Origin: a virus
DNA length: 64,000 bases
Virus record (IMG/VR): IMGVR_UViG_3300008117_000025
Span: 118,847-182,846 of that record
Reading direction: 5' to 3' (one strand)
A program made the position numbers and the translations under genes. The notes beneath the pieces were generated by a model. It ran no database searches, was not told where the DNA came from, and saw nothing but the letters and a program-made list of their open reading frames with translations. Every line of letters begins with the position of its first letter. Positions within the stretch are counted from its first letter, which is position 1. This document shows, piece by piece, positions 58,229 through 64,000 of this stretch.

Positions 58229-58443
58229 AGCAAAAAGAGGTGTTTAAAAGAGATCTTTGAAATATTGCAAAGGATTTTAAAAATGGTTTAAATGGAAATC
58301 GACAATAAATATTGCGGATGGTATATTTGTATATATTGTCGGTGGTTAGAGATTGTGTGTGAGTCGTGAATACATATACTTTTTTTTACACCGCCCCCGC
58401 CCCGTCGATGGACCGCGGTTATCATGGGAGCACTTCGCTATTA

Positions 58444-58490
58444 AACCGCTATCGGACCGCTATCAACCGATAACGACCCGATATCAACGG
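58444..58490. repeat. Four degenerate 10/11-bp tandem repeats
   Basis: AACCGCTATC, GGACCGCTATC, AACCGATAAC, GACCCGATATC. Confidence 0.7.
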
Positions 58491-58503
58491 TTTTTTATTG
58501 AGC

Positions 58504-58725
58504 CTACCTGGTGCCATCTATCTCATCGACCCAACACTCATGATCGGCATCTATGCTGTCGTGTGCTACTCTATCGTCGTATGCCTGGTTATCCAGCTCC
58601 TTTATCCAGCACTCGTACTGTTCCTCGAACGTAAGGTCTGATTGCCACATACCCTTAATAATAGTCCACTTAGCGAATTCGATTGCCACCTGTTTACTTG
58701 CCTCGTTGTTGATCATATAATTCAT
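58504..58725 (-). CDS. Small acidic early-type protein
   Basis: ORF track; has its own promoter and A-rich leader. Confidence 0.65.
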   Translation of the reverse strand: MNYMINNEASKQVAIEFAKWTIIKGMWQSDLTFEEQYECWIKELDNQAYDDRVAHDSIDADHECWVDEIDGTR

Positions 58726-58802
58726 AATTATTAATTTTATAACGTGAATATAGGGACGGGGCTTTACCCCGTCACCTGAATTATTCGATATGGTGTTTAT
58801 TA

Positions 58803-59039
58803 TTAGTAGTGAATGTGAACGTATTTATCGAGCCACTGATCTGCATCTTCCATTTCATAAACGGGATCAACCGGTTCCATAGCTACAGTTACACTCATTA
58901 CCTCTTCAACTGCCCATCCATTTTCGTCTGCTATAACGTAAAATGAGGCTTCAGCGTCAACATGGTCTTCACCTGTAACATTAATTACTCCGATTTCATT
59001 GTCTGATGTCTTGTAAACGATAACGTAATTGTTGTTCAT
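58803..59039 (-). CDS. Small acidic early-type protein
   Basis: ORF track; has its own promoter. Confidence 0.7.
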   Translation of the reverse strand: MNNNYVIVYKTSDNEIGVINVTGEDHVDAEASFYVIADENGWAVEEVMSVTVAMEPVDPVYEMEDADQWLDKYVHIHY

Positions 59040-59093
59040 ATGTTTAATTTTAATTGTGTAATGAATATATGAGTGGGGCTTTGCCCCACCCGT

Positions 59094-59306
59094 TTATACT
59101 ATACCTTTCATCTTTAATATCGTACGTCTTAATTGACTTATTTCTTCATTACGTTCTTCTACTATCATGAACATGAGGAATAATGCTGCCATTATTAATA
59201 CTAGGAACCCACAGACGAAGTCCATATCGGTTTTAGCCCAGATGAATATTAAATACATTGATACTAGACCTAATAATACACTCATAATGCCGTTAAATAC
59301 TTTCAT
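59094..59306 (-). CDS. Two-TM small membrane protein
   Basis: Two hydrophobic helices and a basic C-terminus. Confidence 0.7.
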   Translation of the reverse strand: MKVFNGIMSVLLGLVSMYLIFIWAKTDMDFVCGFLVLIMAALFLMFMIVEERNEEISQLRRTILKMKGIV

Positions 59307-59342
59307 ATTGTAATTTTTAATTATGTGATGAATATACGTTGT

Positions 59343-59537
59343 TTATTTTGACCGTCCCTGTCTCATTATTAATAATAATATCATTACAGTTGTACTTACT
59401 GCTACTACACTTACCATTAATAATACCATTAATTCAGATACCTCCATAGGACCATCATTACCAGCAGCTAGTAATACTAATAATACTAATACGCTTACTA
59501 ATGACCAATATACAGTTGATAATGTTTGTTTATTCAT
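59343..59537 (-). CDS. Two-TM small membrane protein
   Basis: Two Val/Leu-rich helices. Confidence 0.65.
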   Translation of the reverse strand: MNKQTLSTVYWSLVSVLVLLVLLAAGNDGPMEVSELMVLLMVSVVAVSTTVMILLLIMRQGRSK

Positions 59538-59580
59538 ATGTTTTAATTTTATAACGTGAATGTATGTGTTTAATTCTGCC

Positions 59581-59694
59581 CTACACTAACATTATTATTA
59601 TATAAGTGGAATCAAGGAGTAAACATATGGTTGCTGCTTTAATCCATTCGGTTGTTGTGCCTTTAAAATTAGATAATACACTAATTGTAATCAT
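59581..59694 (-). CDS. 37-aa hydrophobic peptide
   Basis: Hand-translated MITISVLSNFKGTTTEWIKAATICLLLDSTYIIIMLV; follows the 19-bp repeat. Confidence 0.55.
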   Translation of the reverse strand: MITISVLSNFKGTTTEWIKAATICLLLDSTYIIIMLV

Positions 59695-59746
59695 ACGTTT
59701 TAATTTTATAACGTGAATGTAGGAACAGGGCTTCGCCCCGTACCGT

Positions 59747-59884
59747 TTACCTTACACGTGTAATAATCTTAGAACGGCCATGGTAACCGTATCCGTTAAC
59801 TACACAGCTGGAGGCAGCCAGGATGATGAATAATAGGAGTGCCACTACTGGGATGGTAAAATCTAATTCGCGTTGTTGCTTCAT
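59747..59884 (-). CDS. 45-aa micro-lipoprotein
   Basis: Hand-translated MKQQRELDFTIPVVALLLFIILAASSCVVNGYGYHGRSKIITRVR; lipobox ASSC. Confidence 0.7.
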   Translation of the reverse strand: MKQQRELDFTIPVVALLLFIILAASSCVVNGYGYHGRSKIITRVR

Positions 59885-59910
59885 AACCTTAATTTTAATG
59901 AATGTAATAA

Positions 59911-60024
59911 TTAACCCTTAACCCTGGAATATATGTCTTTAGATATAATAAATGCGGCTCCAATAAGCACAATAATAAAGCCTACGAATTGGGTTTTAAT
60001 AACGATTTGATCTAAGAGGTTCAT
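59911..60024 (-). CDS. 37-aa single-TM peptide
   Basis: Hand-translated MNLLDQIVIKTQFVGFIIVLIGAAFIISKDIYSRVKG. Confidence 0.6.
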   Translation of the reverse strand: MNLLDQIVIKTQFVGFIIVLIGAAFIISKDIYSRVKG

Positions 60025-60077
60025 GTTAACGGTTTTGTTTACAATAAATATAAGTGGTCATTTCTGACCACCCACAT

Positions 60078-60167
60078 TTAATTTAAACCACTTCTATAAT
60101 AATATTCAATAAAATCTTCAACACTAATAATTTCATAAACAATACCTTTAATAACAAATTTATTCAT
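60078..60167 (-). CDS. 29-aa peptide
   Basis: Hand-translated MNKFVIKGIVYEIISVEDFIEYYYRSGLN; promoter TTTG-N20-TATATTTA (60183-60214). Confidence 0.55.
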   Translation of the reverse strand: MNKFVIKGIVYEIISVEDFIEYYYRSGLN

Positions 60168-60218
60168 AATTTTTAATTTAAATAAATATAATAATAAAAT
60201 TCTGACATAACAAAACAA

Positions 60219-60242
60219 GGCCCCGGGTAGAAACCCAGGGCC
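60219..60242 (-). terminator. Terminator hairpin
   Basis: GGCCCTGGGT-TTCT-ACCCGGGGCC followed by TTGTTTTG. Confidence 0.7.
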
Positions 60243-60276
60243 GTTAACCATTAAAAATTAAAAGTATGAACCGCGT

Positions 60277-60687
60277 TTAATTCGTTTTTTCCATTTTATA
60301 TAATTTATATAATTCAGTCATTGCTGGATCCCATGTACTAAAACACTCCCAATAGTCACCATCAAAAATATAAACATAATCTACGTTTTGATCATGAATT
60401 AACTCATCATAATCTCCATTCTTGGCGTTCACATTCTTCTCACCCCTATCTCTACCATATGCACGGCACCATCCCTTTACTGGCTTGTTGAAGTCATGTT
60501 GCTCACCTATTTCCTCCCCCAACACACTCAAATCACCCAACTTCAATAGTGCGTTTACTTTATCCATATCAGCATAATGCTTGATTAGGGTTGTACCTAC
60601 ACCCTCTGGGTAGCCATCAAAGTGGCAGTAAATGTAATCAACTGAGGCATCTAAATTTCTAACTCCAATGTAAGATCTTGTGGACAT
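60277..60687 (-). CDS. Phage early-type protein with YCHFDGYP motif
   Basis: Motif MSTRSYIG...YIYCHFDGYPEGVG...GDLSVLG. Confidence 0.75.
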   Translation of the reverse strand: MSTRSYIGVRNLDASVDYIYCHFDGYPEGVGTTLIKHYADMDKVNALLKLGDLSVLGEEIGEQHDFNKPVKGWCRAYGRDRGEKNVNAKNGDYDELIHDQNVDYVYIFDGDYWECFSTWDPAMTELYKLYKMEKTN

Positions 60688-60732
60688 AATTTTTAATTTT
60701 TTGTTTGAATAAATGTATACACAAAACTCTGA

Positions 60733-60951
60733 CTATTCACTGATAAAAAAATCCCAGGCGTTAGTAAAGGGAATATTTAATCTGGTTGCTCTAGATTCTA
60801 GATTAAGAACATTATCATACCTCAATTCCATTACCCAAAATGTTTCACTCAAATCCTTTTTTAGGCGCTCATAAGAAAGTGGGTACAATTCTTTTTCTGA
60901 CTCAATATCGTTTCTTAATTCTGATTTTAATCGCTCAAATAGGTTAAACAT
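60733..60951 (-). CDS. Small hypothetical protein
   Basis: ORF track; has its own promoter. Confidence 0.65.
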   Translation of the reverse strand: MFNLFERLKSELRNDIESEKELYPLSYERLKKDLSETFWVMELRYDNVLNLESRATRLNIPFTNAWDFFISE

Positions 60952-60969
60952 ACTTTTTTAATTTTTATT

Positions 60970-61182
60970 TCACTGAATATATGACATTAATTTGGACCTA
61001 CGAATAAACAATTTAGAAAAATCATAATCGGCATTCATCTCCCTAGCGCGTAAAACAGGCTCTCTATCCTTATAAACAACACTCACACCAATTTCCTTCA
61101 TCCAGCTCTGGAACGAGGGATCACTCATCGTTTGCTCCCTTTCGCTCTCAATTTCAACTAAACGTTCGATTGCTATATTCAT
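60970..61182 (-). CDS. Small hypothetical protein
   Basis: ORF track; has its own promoter. Confidence 0.65.
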   Translation of the reverse strand: MNIAIERLVEIESEREQTMSDPSFQSWMKEIGVSVVYKDREPVLRAREMNADYDFSKLFIRRSKLMSYIQ

Positions 61183-61206
61183 AATTTTTAATTTAGATTA
61201 ATATAC

Positions 61207-61244
61207 AAAAAAATCCCCGCCCACCTCCAACAGTGGGACGGGGA
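61207..61244 (-). terminator. Rho-independent terminator after the AT-hook gene
   Basis: TCCCCGTCCCAC/GTGGGCGGGGA followed by T7. Confidence 0.8.
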
Positions 61245-61260
61245 GAGATTCTGGGTGCTA

Positions 61261-61512
61261 TTAGGCGGCTACCTCAGTAGCTGCTTTGGGGCGACCCCTC
61301 TTGATTGCTTCACCGGCAGCAATCTTTGCGGCCTGAGCGGCCAATTTAGCTTGACGAGCACTGGTTGCTACGGCTGGTCTACCACGCTTTACTTCTCCAC
61401 CTGCTGCTACACGAGCTGCTCTGGCGGCAAGACGGGCTTGACGAGCACTTGTTTCTACTACTGGACGACCTTTTGAACCCTTAACTGTGTTTTCTGTTTT
61501 TGTTTTTGACAT
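61261..61512 (-). CDS. AT-hook repeat protein (3 GRP motifs, 29-aa repeat)
   Basis: KGRP, KRGRP and KRGRP separated by duplicated TSARQAxLAA helices; promoter TTTG-N19-TACATTCA. Confidence 0.8.
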   Translation of the reverse strand: MSKTKTENTVKGSKGRPVVETSARQARLAARAARVAAGGEVKRGRPAVATSARQAKLAAQAAKIAAGEAIKRGRPKAATEVAA

Positions 61513-61578
61513 AACCTTTTGTTTTATTTATTTATAATTGTGATATGAATGTATTAAAAAACTTGGACCGAACAAAAC

Positions 61579-61836
61579 TTATCTTACACTTGCCATCATA
61601 CGGTTTACCTCCTCGGGGCTTTCATCCCCGTAACCACCTACTGGGGCAAACATCTGTCTCATTCCGTTAATAAAATATCTCCATTCACTTTTACCCATAC
61701 TATCTTCTAGCTGGGAGGTAAGTTCATGATAACGGTTAAGTAAAGCTGTTTTAACGGTTGGGTTGTAATCGCCGTGATTCATTTCCCAATTTACTTCTAA
61801 CAATTCATTGAACATTTTTGCTTCGTAATTCGTCAT
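61579..61836 (-). CDS. Small hypothetical protein
   Basis: ORF track. Confidence 0.65.
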   Translation of the reverse strand: MTNYEAKMFNELLEVNWEMNHGDYNPTVKTALLNRYHELTSQLEDSMGKSEWRYFINGMRQMFAPVGGYGDESPEEVNRMMASVR

Positions 61837-61847
61837 AATTGTAATTT

Positions 61848-62069
61848 TTATTTGGTTAAAAATATGCTTCTTGTCCAGCCCAACCTAATCCACTCATTAA
61901 TACTGTTAATCATATCTTCTGAGCTGTGCATATCACCTTCATCAAGTAAATCAACCAGGTGGGAAAAAACATTTTCTACTGCCCCGGACGGTATTTCCTC
62001 TAATGTATACTGAGGTAAAACCAATTGGTAAAACGTTTCATGGAGATCATCGTACGATTCTATATTCAT
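61848..62069 (-). CDS. Small acidic protein; start revised to 62069 (MNIESYDD)
   Basis: TAGATTCA and the AAATTAAAAATT leader precede this ATG. Confidence 0.6.
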   Translation of the reverse strand: MNIESYDDLHETFYQLVLPQYTLEEIPSGAVENVFSHLVDLLDEGDMHSSEDMINSINEWIRLGWTRSIFLTK

Positions 62070-62111
62070 AATTTTTAATTTAGATGAATCTACGGAAAAC
62101 AACTATGACAA

Positions 62112-62744
62112 TCAACGTTTTGACTTAGGTCTGCCGCGCTTACCCCCCGAACGTTTCTGTAAAGCTGCTTTAGCTGATGCTCGCTGAGCGAGTGCTTCTG
62201 GCGTGAGGGCTGGGCGCCCACGCCTTCCCCCTCCCACGGATGTGGAAACGGTTTTTGGGGCTGCCGTTCCAGCTGGGCGCCCCCTCTTACCCCCAGAGCG
62301 AACTTTCGCCTGAGCCTTTAAGGCATCCCTCTGAGCCTTCAGAGCGGGATCTAGAGCTGGGCGCCCACGCCTACCGTGCTTTACTTTATTATCCTTAGCT
62401 ATCTTTTTCATTTTGCGCTCGCGCTGTTTAGCCTGCTTTTCGGCTCGACGAGCCATCTTATCCAACATTTTCTTGTGCTTGAGGACGGCGGGGTGAATGA
62501 TCACTTGATCCAGATCGAACGAGCGGATGCCTCCACTCACGTCGACAACCTCATACCCTCCATTGGGGAATGTTGGTTTATCCCCTGGCTCGTAGCGCTT
62601 CCAAAGCTCGAAATATAATTTCTTGTCGTAAAAAAACGGTGCTGGAAGTACACGTACACCCTTCTCTGTTGCAACAAATTGTTCCTCTACCTCATCGTAG
62701 GCGAGGTATGTTCCGTATTGCCATGGTTTCTCTATAACTTTCAT
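62112..62744 (-). CDS. Protein with N-terminal globular domain and four C-terminal AT-hooks
   Basis: RRGRP, KRGRP, RRGRP and KRGRP arranged in a duplicated unit. Confidence 0.8.
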   Translation of the reverse strand: MKVIEKPWQYGTYLAYDEVEEQFVATEKGVRVLPAPFFYDKKLYFELWKRYEPGDKPTFPNGGYEVVDVSGGIRSFDLDQVIIHPAVLKHKKMLDKMARRAEKQAKQRERKMKKIAKDNKVKHGRRGRPALDPALKAQRDALKAQAKVRSGGKRGRPAGTAAPKTVSTSVGGGRRGRPALTPEALAQRASAKAALQKRSGGKRGRPKSKR

Positions 62745-62760
62745 AACCTTTGATTTGAAT

Positions 62761-63013
62761 TAAATCTAAGAAAAAACCCCGCCCCAACAAACCCTATTTC
62801 AAAAAATCTTTAAATTTTCCTTTGATGTTATTAAAAAACAACGTACCAAAAAATACTATGAGGAATATTGAAAAATATTTCCATATGATGGTGAATGGAA
62901 AAATTTTCCTAAACACCACGAGAAAAAAACCCATTAAGAAAAAAATTATTTCAGTAAATAAACTAAATTCCGTCATGGGATAAATCTAAGAAAAAAACCC
63001 CGCCCCAAACAAA
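62761..63013 (-). repeat. Duplicated ~31-bp promoter element (62761-62791, 62981-63013)
   Basis: TTTG-TTGGGGCGGGGTTTTTTCT-TAGATTTA precedes two consecutive ATGs. Confidence 0.8.
62794..62976 (-). CDS. Phe-rich two-TM small membrane protein
   Basis: ORF track; has its own promoter copy. Confidence 0.55.
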   Translation of the reverse strand: MTEFSLFTEIIFFLMGFFLVVFRKIFPFTIIWKYFSIFLIVFFGTLFFNNIKGKFKDFLK

Positions 63014-63400
63014 AAAATTTAAAACAAAAAAAAATTGGTCGAAAGTTAAAAAAAAACTTTAACTAAACCAAAAAAAAACTTACTAAAAAAATTAGTAGTT
63101 TACTACAAAAAATAGTATATATGTTGTAGATAAAAAAAGAGGTGGTTGAGCAGAAAAAAAACAGATCAGGTCGCAACACCACTCTACCCCCACTATAACA
63201 CCATTCCACATACTATTATACTAAAAACATTAGTTAGTAAAAACCTACGTTGTGTAGTACTACTACAGTATGTGACAAAACACCCTTGCTAAACAAAATG
63301 TTTGATAAAAAACACTGCTACTTTTAACAAAAAAGCGCAAAAAGCGATAGAAAAAAACCACATTGCTACAAAAAAACCTACATCCTCAATTACATTCAGT

Positions 63401-63613
63401 TTATTTCTCATTACTATATTTTTTATCGTTATGTTTGAATCGATACATTATTTCCCCGTCGTACGTACTCGTTATTGTTCTACTGGGTTTACCTTCATCA
63501 TAATACTTATCCAATTCACTCACCATCCTACCCAGTTTATTATTCATATCAGTCATTATTGCTTCGATACGATCTAATGTTGAATTGATGCGGTCAAATT
63601 CATATTGTGTCAT
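63401..63613 (-). CDS. Small coiled-coil protein
   Basis: ORF track. Confidence 0.6.
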   Translation of the reverse strand: MTQYEFDRINSTLDRIEAIMTDMNNKLGRMVSELDKYYDEGKPSRTITSTYDGEIMYRFKHNDKKYSNEK

Positions 63614-63614
63614 G

Positions 63615-63797
63615 TTATTGTTTGTTTAGTATTTTATCTCTCATCCATTTAGCACCTGCAATGAAAGCTGGTAATTCATGTAGGTCGTAATAGTCATGTA
63701 ATCTTACAAATCCGTCTTCATCTAACTCTACTGTACACCAATTATTTGCTTTTTTCTCTATCTCCTCATCATTTGGTAGTTCTATTGGTGTTAACAT
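63615..63797 (-). CDS. Small hypothetical protein
   Basis: ORF track; motif FIAGAKWMRD. Confidence 0.65.
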   Translation of the reverse strand: MLTPIELPNDEEIEKKANNWCTVELDEDGFVRLHDYYDLHELPAFIAGAKWMRDKILNKQ

Positions 63798-63799
63798 GG

Positions 63800-64000
63800 T
63801 TATTTGTTGTAGTTATCGTTAAAATACTCCTCTCTACTATAATGAGGTAGGGTGGGATGATTTAGGGGTGTTTCTTGTCCATCGGAAAATGCTTTTTGTA
63901 TTTGCTCCCTCTCCATTGTTTTAGCCTTGGCTATTTCCGCCAAGTAGGAGTTGATTATCCTTATAGGTAATTGCTCTACAAACCATTCCATTGCTGTTAT
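63800..64000 (-). CDS. Small hypothetical protein, start probably beyond the window edge
   Basis: The frame is open upstream of ATG 63991 (ATA ACA GCA). Confidence 0.6.
   Translation of the reverse strand: MTAMEWFVEQLPIRIINSYLAEIAKAKTMEREQIQKAFSDGQETPLNHPTLPHYSREEYFNDNYNK

Larger units (their letters stand above)
58731..59718 (-). repeat. 19-bp exact repeat ATTCACGTTATAAAATTAA, three copies (58731-58749, 59543-59561, 59700-59718)
   Basis: Read directly; each copy spans the promoter -7 element and leader, just before an ATG. Confidence 0.85.

Noticed and set aside
58353-58634. 93-aa plus-strand ORF over the tandem repeats
   Set aside because: No leader or recognisable motif; it overlaps a better-supported minus-strand gene and the repeat tract.
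58504-60024. Repeat-spacer pattern as a CRISPR or mini-CRISPR array
   Set aside because: Repeats are irregularly spaced, separated by whole ORFs, and coincide with promoter and leader elements.
63302-63577. 91-aa plus-strand ORF
   Set aside because: Starts in low-complexity A-tracts and overlaps the minus-strand gene 63401-63613.
1-64000. Stop-codon reassignment as seen in some large Bacteroidota phages
   Set aside because: Standard-code ORFs tile the window densely and conserved genes are unbroken; the two breaks are frame changes, not in-frame stops.

Overview
The whole window is a segment of a large, AT-rich, T4-like (myovirus-type) phage genome, most likely infecting Bacteroidota. Host evidence: TTTG-N19/20-TAnnTT(T/C)A promoters, A-rich leaders mostly lacking Shine-Dalgarno sites, and a Bacteroidota-type TonB receptor plus xSC lipoprotein. 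Almost all genes are on the minus strand in the standard code. 1-15 kb is the head module: neck proteins, truncated PhoH, major capsid, scaffold, prohead protease, portal and large terminase. 15-39 kb is an accessory block rich in proteins that share N-terminal tags ending in (L/I)xE, which are probably capsid-targeted cargo. It holds a 1358-aa polyvalent protein (Pol-beta NTase + HxGH nucleotidyltransferase + 2 repeats + HExxH peptidase), a second NTase, a broken TonB-dependent receptor with a surface lipoprotein, an exonuclease and a primase. 39-56 kb holds baseplate/tail genes, a GH19 endolysin and a gp55-like sigma factor. 58-64 kb is an early-type region of tiny genes, almost each with its own promoter, including small membrane proteins and two AT-hook repeat proteins. 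Best leads: (1) a tag-addressed, protease-processed virion cargo/effector system, (2) the phage-borne TonB receptor/lipoprotein module, (3) a promoter-per-gene cassette array with a fixed-position palindrome, (4) a pseudoknot-plus-terminator RNA candidate, (5) an inverted T4-type late-promoter motif. No tRNA, rRNA or CRISPR array was recognised. All family calls come from motif recognition by eye; no database search was run.
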